Below are positions 17,349 to 26,301 of a DNA stretch of 26,343 bases, piece by piece; the stretch's first letter is position 1; the number at the start of each line of letters is the position of its first letter. A model generated the notes under the pieces. It was not told the origin of the DNA. It did not search any database and saw nothing but the letters and a program-made list of their open reading frames with translations. The stretch comes from Elusimicrobiota bacterium (GTDB taxonomy: Bacteria > Elusimicrobiota > Endomicrobiia > CG1-02-37-114 > JAHJSO01). The stretch lies in the NCBI GenBank assembly GCA_043826435.1, contig JBDRQF010000014.1, forward strand, positions 1 to 26,343, written 5' to 3'. The translations under genes were made by a program, and so were the position numbers.

Positions 17349-18680
17349 ATGAACGACGTTTTTACAAAGTGTCAGAAATTTACCACAGCACGGGAGGTAA
17401 TGGCGGCAGGATATTATCCATATTTTCAGAAAATAGAGACCGCACAGGGGCCTGAGGTAATCATTGAGGGCCAGAAAAAGGTTGTGTGCTGTTCCAATAA
17501 TTATCTGGGGCTCACCCTCCACCCGAAGGTCAAACGTGCGGCGATTGAAGCGATAAAAAAATACGGGACGAGTTGCACCGGCTCAAGGTTTTTAAGCGGG
17601 ACAATTGATTTACACGAAAAGGTTGAAAGAAAATTCGCAAGGTTCGTAAACAAGGAAGACGCACTTCTCTTCACAACGGGACATCACTCTAACATGGGGG
17701 CGATATCCACGCTCGTTTCCAAGGGCGAGTTTGTAATAACGGACAAATTAGACCATGCCTCAATTATAGACGGGTGCCGTCTGTCTTTCGGGGAGATGTT
17801 GCGTTTCAAACATAACGACATGGACGATTTGGAACGCCTCCTGGCAAAATACAGGGACGCCGCCAAACTAATAGTCGTTGACGGTGTATTCAGCATGGAG
17901 GGGGACATTGTAAACCTTCCTGAAATCGTTAAACTCGCAAAGGCGTACAACTCACGGGTTATGGTTGATGATGCGCACTCAATCGGAGTCCTCGGGGAAA
18001 ACGGCAGGGGCACCGCAGACCACTTCGGGCTGGGGGCTGAGGTTGACATAATCATGGTAACTGCAAGCAAGTCCCTTGCGTCAATAGGCGGGTTTATCGC
18101 GGGCAGGGAAGAGGTTATTCACTACATAAAACACATGGCCCGCTCTCTCATATTTACGGCGAGTTTACCTCCGGGTCAGGTCGCTGCAATTGACGCATCA
18201 CTGGACATACTCCATGAAGAACCGGAAAGGATAACCCTGTTGTGGAAGAATACAAAAAAAATGAAAACGTGTTTCGGGCAAATGGGTTTTGACACAAAGG
18301 AGAGCCAGTCGCCGATTATACCGATTACCGTCGGAGACGACCTGAAGGCGTTTCAGATGTGGAGGATTTTGTTTGATGACGGCGTATTCACGTCACCCGT
18401 GGTAAGCCCTGCCGTGCCGGAAGGCCAGGCGATAATAAGAACAAGTTATATGGCGATACACACGGACGAACACCTTGACCATGTCCTGAATGCATTTGAA
18501 AAGGCGGGGAAACAATTAGGCATTATACCCGGCGCAGGGACGCCAAAAGGCGCACGCCTGCATTCTGAACGGCAGCCGGCAAGAAAAAGAATAATGAAAC
18601 AGTTAAGGGTGGGCACTCACCGCCTGCGTCTCGGCTCAAAAAGGTGGGTTAAAAATTTATTCCTGAAATTTGGCAGGTGA
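17349..18680 (+). CDS. spt: PLP-dependent alpha-oxoamine synthase, serine palmitoyltransferase-like
   Basis: YYPYFQKIE, SNNYLGL, GSRFL, DHASII, DGVFSMEGD, DDAH, TASKSLASIGGF (PLP lysine). Closely resembles Bacteroides-type SPT as recalled and is adjacent to a bCerS-like gene. Confidence 0.78.
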   Translation: MNDVFTKCQKFTTAREVMAAGYYPYFQKIETAQGPEVIIEGQKKVVCCSNNYLGLTLHPKVKRAAIEAIKKYGTSCTGSRFLSGTIDLHEKVERKFARFVNKEDALLFTTGHHSNMGAISTLVSKGEFVITDKLDHASIIDGCRLSFGEMLRFKHNDMDDLERLLAKYRDAAKLIVVDGVFSMEGDIVNLPEIVKLAKAYNSRVMVDDAHSIGVLGENGRGTADHFGLGAEVDIIMVTASKSLASIGGFIAGREEVIHYIKHMARSLIFTASLPPGQVAAIDASLDILHEEPERITLLWKNTKKMKTCFGQMGFDTKESQSPIIPITVGDDLKAFQMWRILFDDGVFTSPVVSPAVPEGQAIIRTSYMAIHTDEHLDHVLNAFEKAGKQLGIIPGAGTPKGARLHSERQPARKRIMKQLRVGTHRLRLGSKRWVKNLFLKFGR

Positions 18681-18723
18681 GGGGGCAACAAGACAAACGG
18701 CTGCACGGTAAAAGGACAAAACA

Positions 18724-19839
18724 ATGATTGAAATAAAAAGGGTTGAAACAAAAACTGATTTAATGGAATTCATATCCGTCCCGTGGACGATATACAAAAA
18801 TGACCCTAACTGGGTGCCCCCGCTGATTTCAGAAATGAAAACCATCCTCTCTGAAAAGAAAAATCCTTTCTGGAAACATTCTGAAAAAACATTGTTCATT
18901 GCACTACAGGACGGCAAGCCCGTCGGAAGGGTTGCTGGCGTTATTGACAGAAACTTCGTTGAGTTTCAGAATGCAAATACGGGGTTTTTTGCGTTCTTTG
19001 AATCTGTTGACGACAGGGAAACTGCAACCGCACTTTTAGACAGTGCAATGGAGTGGCTCAAGGGCAAAGGGATGGAATCCATGATTGGCCCGACTGCTCC
19101 GTCAACAAACGACGAAATGGGACTGCTCTACGAGGGATACGACTCCCCTCCTTTTCTTATGATGCCCTACAATCCGCCTTATTACCATACCCTGCTTAAA
19201 AATTACGGAATGGAAAAAGCCAAAGACCTGCTGGCTTTTTTTATGGACGAACAATCTGCCCCAAGGGAACGACTAAAGCGTATTGTCGGCGCCGTCCAAA
19301 AACACATCCCTGAACTCGTGGTGCGTCCCGTAAATATGTCTGACTACAAACAGGAAACCAGAAGAATCAGGGAGATATACAACAGTGCATGGGAAAAGAA
19401 CTGGGGGTTCGTGCCATGGACGGAGGAGGAATTTTATTCCCAGTGCGAAAGGATGAAATCGCTGATTCTGCCGGAAACGACCCTGCTGGCGTTCGTCGGG
19501 GATAGACCCGTCGGCATGCTGATAGGTGTGCCTGATTACAATGAGGTCCTGAAAAAACTAAACGGCCGTCTGGGTCCTCTGGAAATTGTAAAATTTTTGT
19601 GGTACAAACGCAAAATCAAAACAATGAGAATTCTGATAATGGGTGTAATAAAAGAATACAGAAACCGCGGCATTGAGGGAGCGATGTATCAAAAGATAAT
19701 AGAAAACGGCTTCCGGCTGGGCTTCAGGGGAGGAGAGTTCTCGTGGATACTTGAAGACAACATTATGATGTGCAGGGCAGCGGAAATGCTCGGCGGTAAT
19801 GTCTATAAAAGATACAGGGTGTATGAAATGCGGATTTAA
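18724..19839 (+). CDS. YghO-like GNAT N-acyltransferase; candidate bacterial ceramide synthase (bCerS)
   Basis: IYKNDPNWVPPL, NPFW, VGRVAG, GFFAFFES, MMPYNPPYY, YNSAWEKNWGFVP, PDYN, GVIKEYRNRG, SWILEDN, YKRYRVY are hallmarks of this family. Confidence 0.82.
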   Translation: MIEIKRVETKTDLMEFISVPWTIYKNDPNWVPPLISEMKTILSEKKNPFWKHSEKTLFIALQDGKPVGRVAGVIDRNFVEFQNANTGFFAFFESVDDRETATALLDSAMEWLKGKGMESMIGPTAPSTNDEMGLLYEGYDSPPFLMMPYNPPYYHTLLKNYGMEKAKDLLAFFMDEQSAPRERLKRIVGAVQKHIPELVVRPVNMSDYKQETRRIREIYNSAWEKNWGFVPWTEEEFYSQCERMKSLILPETTLLAFVGDRPVGMLIGVPDYNEVLKKLNGRLGPLEIVKFLWYKRKIKTMRILIMGVIKEYRNRGIEGAMYQKIIENGFRLGFRGGEFSWILEDNIMMCRAAEMLGGNVYKRYRVYEMRI

Positions 19840-19880
19840 CCGAAAAAAGAAATTATACATGCCACCGGAGGATATATTTT

Positions 19881-20108
19881 ATGATAGAGTTAACACCTGA
19901 ACAGAGAAGAAAAATCTACGAAGAGGAAAGGGAACGGGTTGAGGGAAGGGAAGGGGGAGCCGGCGCCCTGTTCATTGCAAGCGTCTTCGCCGCGCTATTT
20001 GTAACACTCCTGGTCTCTCTTGCAAAAAAGAGTTGGACGCCGACGATTGAAACTATGCGGCGGGCCCATGAGGGAACGCCCTCTGAAGAATACGGAGAAA
20101 ACCAATGA
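19881..20108 (+). CDS. Small single-pass membrane protein of unknown function
   Basis: RBS GGAGG; charged N-terminal helix LTPEQRRKIYEEERER; hydrophobic stretch ALFIASVFAALFVTLLVSLA; ATGA overlap with the next gene. Confidence 0.65.
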   Translation: MIELTPEQRRKIYEEERERVEGREGGAGALFIASVFAALFVTLLVSLAKKSWTPTIETMRRAHEGTPSEEYGENQ

Positions 20109-20719
20109 AAAAATTTTCACTGCTGATTGCCCTGGCAACGCTATTTTCATGCGGATGCAGGGAACAGGCAAAAAAGGAACCAGCTGAAAAAACCGTCGGA
20201 CAGACCGGACAACTCCACGCCGTCATTGATACCTCCCTTGGTGTGGTTGTAATCAAACTCCATGAAAAAGAAGCGCCGAAAACCATTGAAAATTTTGTGG
20301 GACTTGCCCAGGGGACAAAAAAATATCTTGACCCGGGTACAAACCAGATGGTGGAAAAACCGTTCTACAACGGGCTTATCTTCCACAGGGTCATTCCGAA
20401 CTTTATGATACAGGGCGGATGCCCTTTAGGCAGCGGCACCGGCGGCCCCGGCTACAGGTTTGAAGACGAAATAGTTCAGGGGCTGATTTTTGATACGCCG
20501 GGAAAATTAGCAATGGCAAACGCAGGTCCCAACACCAACGGCAGCCAGTTCTTCATAACGGTTGCACCAACCCCATGGTTGAACGGAAAGCACACAATTT
20601 TTGGCGAGGTGGTTGAAGGACAGGATGTTGTCAATAAAATTGTAAGTGTTCCCAGAGACAACAGGGATAAACCCCTGCAGGCCGTAGTCATCAAAGAAGT
20701 TAAAATCATCCGCAGGTAA
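20105..20719 (+). CDS. Cyclophilin-type peptidyl-prolyl isomerase, predicted lipoprotein
   Basis: Signal peptide MKKFSLLIALATLFSCGC; APKTIENF, FHRVIPNFMIQGG, AMANAGPNTNGSQFFIT, WLNGKHTIFGEV. Confidence 0.95.
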   Translation: MKKFSLLIALATLFSCGCREQAKKEPAEKTVGQTGQLHAVIDTSLGVVVIKLHEKEAPKTIENFVGLAQGTKKYLDPGTNQMVEKPFYNGLIFHRVIPNFMIQGGCPLGSGTGGPGYRFEDEIVQGLIFDTPGKLAMANAGPNTNGSQFFITVAPTPWLNGKHTIFGEVVEGQDVVNKIVSVPRDNRDKPLQAVVIKEVKIIRR

Positions 20720-20810
20720 CGGCGCGGGACATATTTAATACAATATTTTAACCGTTTATCCGTTAATACAGTATCACGTCCAAACCCCGCGGCCGGGGAT
20801 GGGTTTTGTT

Positions 20811-22040
20811 ATGAAATTAAAAACGCTGTTTCTTTTTGTATTGTTCGTCTCATTATGTACAAAAATACATGCCCTCACCTGGCAGGAAGTCATGGATATT
20901 GCAAAGAAGAACAACCCCGTCGTCATCAGGGCGGAGAAAGAACTTAAAACCGCGCGGCTCTCATACCACAGCAGTTATACCAAGTTCCTGCCGCAAATTT
21001 CCGGCTCCGTATCGCAATCTGCATCCGAGGCGGAAACAAAAAAATATTCATACGGGCTCTCAGGCCAACTGTCTCTTTTCGCAGGGTTCAGGGACTGGAG
21101 CGCTCTGAACGAAAGACATCTGGAATTGAAAATCGCAGAAGAAAATTACCGGAGGACGCTGTCCGACGCCATACACAACCTGAAAGCCGCTTTCGCCGAA
21201 CTGCTGAAATCCCAGGAACAGGTAATTCTCACAAAGGAAATCCTTTACAAGAGAGAAAATAACTACGACATGATCCGTCTGAAATACGAGGCAGGCAGGG
21301 AAGACAAGGGGTCGTATCTCAGGACGGAAGCGGACAAACAACAGGCGGAATACGATTTTTTCCGTGCAGAAAGGGACCTGCGGGCCGCACAGAGAAACCT
21401 TATGAAAGAAACCGGCAGACAGGATATGGGTGACATAAAGGCCTCTGGTGATTTTTCCGTTAGTTTCTCGACAAACATACCGGATTTCTCCCGGAGCGCA
21501 AGGAAAACCCCTGAACACATAGTGTCCGAACTCCTTGTGAAAAAAACCGGTTTCAGAATAATGTACGCCAGGGGCGGTTATTATCCTGAAATCTCCGTCT
21601 CGGGGAACGTTTCAAGGAGCGGTGACAGTTGGTTGCCGGAAACCGAAAAATGGAGCACCTCGCTGGCTTTAAGTTATTCCTTCTTCAACCGGGGCAAAGG
21701 CCTGTTTGACATAAGCATTGAAAAATTAAACAGGGAAGCCATGGAAGAAGCGCTGAAAAACACGTATCTCAAAAAGATAGCCGAAATAGAGTCCTCGTAT
21801 TACTCCTATATAGACGCAATTGAAAACCTGAAAGTCCGTCAGAAATATCTTGAGGCGTCGGCGGAGCAGTCAAAGATAATAACAGAAAGATACATAAACG
21901 GTCTTGTGTCTTACCAGTCGTGGTATTATGTGGAAAACGATTATATAAACGCGCAAAAGGCGCTGCTGGAAGCGAAAAAAAACCTTGCCATTGCAGAATC
22001 AAAACTAAAGAACGTGATGGGCTCGGCGGGATGGGAATAG
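20811..22040 (+). CDS. TolC-family outer membrane efflux protein
   Basis: Signal peptide ending IHA-LT, AKKNNP, duplicated LPQISGS / YPEISVS beta-strand repeats, YEAG and YING helix ends; precedes MacA/MacB. Start could be 20799 or 20811. Confidence 0.9.
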   Translation: MKLKTLFLFVLFVSLCTKIHALTWQEVMDIAKKNNPVVIRAEKELKTARLSYHSSYTKFLPQISGSVSQSASEAETKKYSYGLSGQLSLFAGFRDWSALNERHLELKIAEENYRRTLSDAIHNLKAAFAELLKSQEQVILTKEILYKRENNYDMIRLKYEAGREDKGSYLRTEADKQQAEYDFFRAERDLRAAQRNLMKETGRQDMGDIKASGDFSVSFSTNIPDFSRSARKTPEHIVSELLVKKTGFRIMYARGGYYPEISVSGNVSRSGDSWLPETEKWSTSLALSYSFFNRGKGLFDISIEKLNREAMEEALKNTYLKKIAEIESSYYSYIDAIENLKVRQKYLEASAEQSKIITERYINGLVSYQSWYYVENDYINAQKALLEAKKNLAIAESKLKNVMGSAGWE

Positions 22041-22082
22041 CGGCCACCGGGATAACGCGGATAACGCCTGGAGGAGTAACCT

Positions 22083-23060
22083 ATGAACAAAAAAAGGATC
22101 ATTATCATCAGCGTCGTAGCGGTAGTTATAGCCGGGGCAATCTTCCTTTATTTAAAACCGTTTAAACGCCGGAACAAGTCCTATTCGGAAATAAAACCGG
22201 CCACCGGCACAATTTCCAGTGATATACGGCTAACCGGATACGTTAAACCGAGAAACCGTCTTGAAATAAAACCGTCCGTCGCGGGCCGCATTGATACAAT
22301 TTCCGTGGTGGAAGGCCAGAGGATAAAAAAGGGTGAGATTATCGCATGGATGAGTTCCACCGACCGCGCCGCTCTGATAGATGCCGTCCGGACAAAAGGC
22401 GCGGATGAAATAAAAAAATGGGAAGACGTCTATAAGCCGACACCAATCATATCGCCCATTGACGGCTTTGTCATCGTCCGCGCCAGGGAACCGGGACAAA
22501 CAATAGCCCAAAACGAACCAATCCTGGTAATGGCTGACAAACTTATAATAGAGGCAAACGTGGATGAGACCGACCTCAAACACATAAAACTCGGCCAGAC
22601 GGTAAGGATATTCCTGGACGCCTATCCTGACGAAAGGTTTGCGGGACACGTTGAACACGTCGCCTATGAGTCGGAAATCATAAGCAACGTAATTATTTAC
22701 AGGGTAAAGATACTCCCCATGAAAACCCCGGTAAATTTCAGGTCAGGGATGACTGCCTCAATGTCAATAACTATAAACAAAAAACAGGACATCCTGATAT
22801 TGCCCGTGAGCGCCATAACTGAAAAAAATAACAAAAAATTCGTACTTGTCCAATCAAACAAAAAGAAACCGGAAATGCGGGAAATAAAAACAGGCATATC
22901 GGACGGTAAAAACGTTGAAGTCCTTTCCGGCGTTACGGAAAACGATACCTTGTTAACCTCCGCAAAGAGTTACGCGGCAAATAAAAGGAATTCGCAATCC
23001 GCAAGCGGCAGCGGGCTGAGAATTCCCCGTTCGGCTTTAGGCGGGACAAGCAGAAGATAG
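22083..23060 (+). CDS. macA: Periplasmic adaptor (membrane fusion) subunit, MacA-like
   Basis: N-terminal TM anchor, lipoyl halves VAGRIDTISVVEGQRIKKGE and ISPIDGFV, ANVDETD, RSGMTA, KTGISDG..VEVLSG; RBS GGAGGAG. Confidence 0.88.
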   Translation: MNKKRIIIISVVAVVIAGAIFLYLKPFKRRNKSYSEIKPATGTISSDIRLTGYVKPRNRLEIKPSVAGRIDTISVVEGQRIKKGEIIAWMSSTDRAALIDAVRTKGADEIKKWEDVYKPTPIISPIDGFVIVRAREPGQTIAQNEPILVMADKLIIEANVDETDLKHIKLGQTVRIFLDAYPDERFAGHVEHVAYESEIISNVIIYRVKILPMKTPVNFRSGMTASMSITINKKQDILILPVSAITEKNNKKFVLVQSNKKKPEMREIKTGISDGKNVEVLSGVTENDTLLTSAKSYAANKRNSQSASGSGLRIPRSALGGTSRR

Positions 23061-23113
23061 TCACCCGCGTGGCAGGAATTCCGGCCATATGGTACAGGCT
23101 CCTAGACAATGAC

Positions 23114-25075
23114 ATGCTGATAGAACTCAACAACATCTCAAAAAACTACCTGATGGGCAAGGTAGTGGTCCCTGCGTTGCGGGGAGTAAACCTGGAAATA
23201 AATACCGGAGAGTTTATTGCAATAATGGGGCCATCCGGAAGCGGGAAATCAACCCTACTGCACATACTTGGGCTACTGGACAAACATACCGGCGGCAAAT
23301 ACAAACTTATGGGCAGGGAAATATCGGAATTGTCCGACGACGAATTTGCAGTCATCAGGAACAGGTTTATCGGTTTTATATTCCAGGACTTTAACCTGCT
23401 GGCACGGTTGAATGCAACGGAAAACGTAGCCCTGCCGCTTGTATATTCGGATAGAGCGCCTTCAGGCGAAACAAAAAAACCGGTTGAACTACTTGAAAAC
23501 ATCGGCTTGAAAAACAGGACACAACACAGGCCGAATGAAATGTCAGGCGGACAGCAACAGAGGGTTGCGGTCGCCCGCGCCCTTGTCAACAACCCCCATC
23601 TCATCCTTGCCGACGAGCCCACCGGCAACCTGGACAGCAAATCAGCCGGTGAAATTATGGACATCCTGAAAAAACTAAACGATACGGGGATTACCGTAAT
23701 AATGGTTACGCATGAACAGGAACTGGCAATGGCGGCAAAAAGGATTATCCGTCTTGCCGACGGCAGCATCGTTGCCGACGAGGAAATCCGCAAATCCCCC
23801 GCCGTGGTTCCGAAAATACAATCGCGGATTGATGAAGACCTTGCCCCAACCGGGTTGAATTTATTCCGTATAAAAAATTATTTTGACCAGGCATTCAGGT
23901 CCCTGCTGGTGAACAAGTCCCGCTCCTTCCTTTCAATCCTTGGCGTGTTGATAGGCGTAGGCAGCGTAATAGCGATGCTTGCACTCGGCGCGGGCGCCCG
24001 GGAGGACATTAAAACCCGTATAGCATCTCTGGGTTCAAATATCTTAATGGTCCGTCCTTCATCCACCCGAATGGGAGGTGTGGCGATTGAAACAGGGACA
24101 GTAACCCGGCTTACGGCTGAAGACGCTCTGAAAATAAAGGAAAGGGTGCCTGGGGTATCAAAGGTCGCATCGTACGTTTCCGGCAGGGGGCAGGTCGTAC
24201 ACAAAAACAAAAACTGGAATACCATAGTTATCGGCACCACTTACGAATACCCTGCAATGAGAGCGAGCCAGCCGGCAGAGGGCCGGTTTTTTACTGAGAC
24301 GGAAACCATAACAAGGGCTAAGGTCGCAGTCATCGGCACGAAGGTCGCAACGGAACTCTTCGGGAATACAAACCCGTTAGGGGAGTTTATCAAGATAAAG
24401 AGAATTGAGTTCCTTGTAATCGGGGTTATGCCCCAGAAAGGGTCATCCCCGTGGCGGGATGAAAACGACCAGGTATTTATTCCGCTCAATACCGCAATGT
24501 ACCGCCTCCTCGGAAAGGACTATATTGATTATCTGGACGTGCAGGTCGCGGACAACAAAATTATGGAAGAAACAGGGGAAAAAATCAAGGAACTCATAAT
24601 CAACCTGCACCGCCTGAAAAAGGAAACGGCGAATATTGACATAAGAAACCTTTCCGACATCCAGGAGACAATATCCGCAACGGCAAAAACCTTTTCCTGG
24701 CTGCTGGGCTCTATTGCATTTATAAGTTTACTGGTCGGAGGCATAGGCATTATGAACATTATGCTTGTCTCCGTAACCGAGCGGACGAGGGAAATAGGGC
24801 TGCGCAAGGCAATAGGCGCCAACAAGAAGGATATACTCTTCCAGTTTATCATTGAGGCAATCGTAATCTGCCTGGTGGGTGGAATAATAGGTATTCTGTT
24901 AGGGACGGTTGCAACTATATCCATCACAAAATTTGCCGGCTGGGCGATGAAACTCTCATTCTTCTCGGTGCTGCTTTCTATTTTATTTGCATTCATCGTC
25001 GGGCTTACCTTCGGTTTTCTCCCTGCGCGCAAAGCGTCGCTCCTGAGCCCCATAGAGGCGCTCAGGTATGAGTGA
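23114..25075 (+). CDS. macB: MacB-type ABC exporter, fused ATPase-permease
   Basis: [29 protein letters not shown], then [52 protein letters not shown] 23114 (MLIEL) preferred over GTG 23069. Confidence 0.93.
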   Translation: MLIELNNISKNYLMGKVVVPALRGVNLEINTGEFIAIMGPSGSGKSTLLHILGLLDKHTGGKYKLMGREISELSDDEFAVIRNRFIGFIFQDFNLLARLNATENVALPLVYSDRAPSGETKKPVELLENIGLKNRTQHRPNEMSGGQQQRVAVARALVNNPHLILADEPTGNLDSKSAGEIMDILKKLNDTGITVIMVTHEQELAMAAKRIIRLADGSIVADEEIRKSPAVVPKIQSRIDEDLAPTGLNLFRIKNYFDQAFRSLLVNKSRSFLSILGVLIGVGSVIAMLALGAGAREDIKTRIASLGSNILMVRPSSTRMGGVAIETGTVTRLTAEDALKIKERVPGVSKVASYVSGRGQVVHKNKNWNTIVIGTTYEYPAMRASQPAEGRFFTETETITRAKVAVIGTKVATELFGNTNPLGEFIKIKRIEFLVIGVMPQKGSSPWRDENDQVFIPLNTAMYRLLGKDYIDYLDVQVADNKIMEETGEKIKELIINLHRLKKETANIDIRNLSDIQETISATAKTFSWLLGSIAFISLLVGGIGIMNIMLVSVTERTREIGLRKAIGANKKDILFQFIIEAIVICLVGGIIGILLGTVATISITKFAGWAMKLSFFSVLLSILFAFIVGLTFGFLPARKASLLSPIEALRYE

Positions 25076-26147
25076 GGGCCGGCTTCCTTTGGACATACTC
25101 CTAAAAAACATCTCAAAAAATTTCAACTCAAAAAAAGTCCTGACAGACATAAACTTACATATTTACCCTTCATCCCTCACAGGGCTAATCGGGCCGAACG
25201 GCGCCGGCAAAACTACTCTCCTTAAAATCATTGATATGGTTGAGCGCCCGTCCGCCGGCGAAATCTTTTACGACGGCGTCCCTCTTTCAGAAATGAACAG
25301 CGGGGAAAAATTAAAAGTGAGACGGAAAATGGCGTTCATCTCCCAGATTCCTTTCCTGTTCAACGGCAGCGTATCCGATAACGTGTCCTACGGCCTGCGG
25401 GTAAGGAAAGAAAAGAACATAGCGGAAAAAATAAAAGGAGTCCTGGCTGATTTTGACATCGGTCACCTTGCAGAGAAAAATATAAAATATTTGTCCGGCG
25501 GGGAAAAACAGCGGGTGTGCATAGCCAGGGCGATTGTCCCCGGGCCCGATGTCCTCATGCTTGATGAACCGACAAACAACCTTGACCCGCTCAGCATAAA
25601 AATAATTGAAGGGAAAATGCAGTCGCTTAAATCAGAGGGAAAAACCGTCCTCCTGGCGACCCACAACCTCGGACAGGCAAGAAGGTTGAGTGATTATGCC
25701 TGCTTCATAAAAAACGGCGCGCTGCTTCATCAGGGCAGGACGGAAGAAATATTCTCAAAACCGCTCTCAATAGACGTTGCAGAATTCATAGGCGAGGACA
25801 ACATACTGGATGGTATTATAGACGACACCTCATACTTTGTCGTCGGCAATACAAAAATATTTGCCGTTTCGGCGGAAAGGGGACCTGCGACGGCAACGAT
25901 AAAACCCGAAGACATACTTATTTCAAACGAACCGGTTACAACCACAAGCGCCAGGAACTGCTTTAAGGGGAAAATAACCGGGATAGACAACCTCGGCCCT
26001 GTCCGGCAGGTTTACGTGAACGTGAACGATGACATTGAACTGGCGGCAATAATTACAAAAGGGTCATTTGAAAACATGCAACTCTCAATAAACAAGGAAA
26101 TATACCTTCTCTTCAAGGCAACTGCAGTTCACGTCCTGAAACCCTAG
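25068..26147 (+). CDS. ABC importer ATP-binding subunit with C-terminal TOBE domain (tungstate/molybdate TupC/WtpC/ModC-like)
   Basis: GPNGAGKTT, LSGGEKQR, LDEPT, ATH; C-terminal TSARNCFKGKI...AIIT...FKATAVHV Mop/TOBE motif; overlaps the macB stop by 8 nt. Confidence 0.88.
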   Translation: MSEGRLPLDILLKNISKNFNSKKVLTDINLHIYPSSLTGLIGPNGAGKTTLLKIIDMVERPSAGEIFYDGVPLSEMNSGEKLKVRRKMAFISQIPFLFNGSVSDNVSYGLRVRKEKNIAEKIKGVLADFDIGHLAEKNIKYLSGGEKQRVCIARAIVPGPDVLMLDEPTNNLDPLSIKIIEGKMQSLKSEGKTVLLATHNLGQARRLSDYACFIKNGALLHQGRTEEIFSKPLSIDVAEFIGEDNILDGIIDDTSYFVVGNTKIFAVSAERGPATATIKPEDILISNEPVTTTSARNCFKGKITGIDNLGPVRQVYVNVNDDIELAAIITKGSFENMQLSINKEIYLLFKATAVHVLKP

Positions 26148-26244
26148 CCTCTAAAAAATTCAGTCCGGGAAACATTTTTGCCCACCCCCTGTTATTTTTG
26201 CCGATTATGTATAATATTATGCGGACTTTTGATATGAGGTGGAC

Positions 26245-26301
26245 TTGCAAAAGTAATAAAAAAAGGGTATAACCGCCTTAGGAAAAAGGAGGGTTATACC
26301 C
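26245..26301 (+). promoter_or_regulatory. Promoter overlapping an RBS-sequestering hairpin
   Basis: TTGCAA (26245-26250), 17 nt, TATAAC (26268-26273). Perfect inverted repeat gggtataacc (26265-26274) / ggttataccc (26292-26301) encloses the SD AAGGAGG. Confidence 0.6.

Noticed and set aside
17349..18680. Calling the PLP enzyme BioF (8-amino-7-oxononanoate synthase) or Kbl
   Set aside because: No biotin or tdh genes are nearby. The YYPYF N-terminus, GSRFL motif and flanking bCerS-like and reductase genes fit the SPT-like branch better, though this is not formally excluded without a tree.
20731..20775. AT-rich ttaataca repeats upstream of tolC as a regulator site
   Set aside because: Low complexity, no clean dyad symmetry and no regulator gene in the window.
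14851..22050. Recurring intergenic 8-mer gccaccgg (14851, 19861, 22043)
   Set aside because: Short, also present inside macA (near 22200), and CCGG is very common in this sequence, so it cannot be distinguished from chance.
479..25990. Minus-strand and nested ORFs in the track (for example 5935-6399, 14033-14497, 23146-23793, 24529-25116, 2749-3105)
   Set aside because: They lie antisense to or within well-supported + strand genes and have no recognisable motifs; treated as shadow ORFs.
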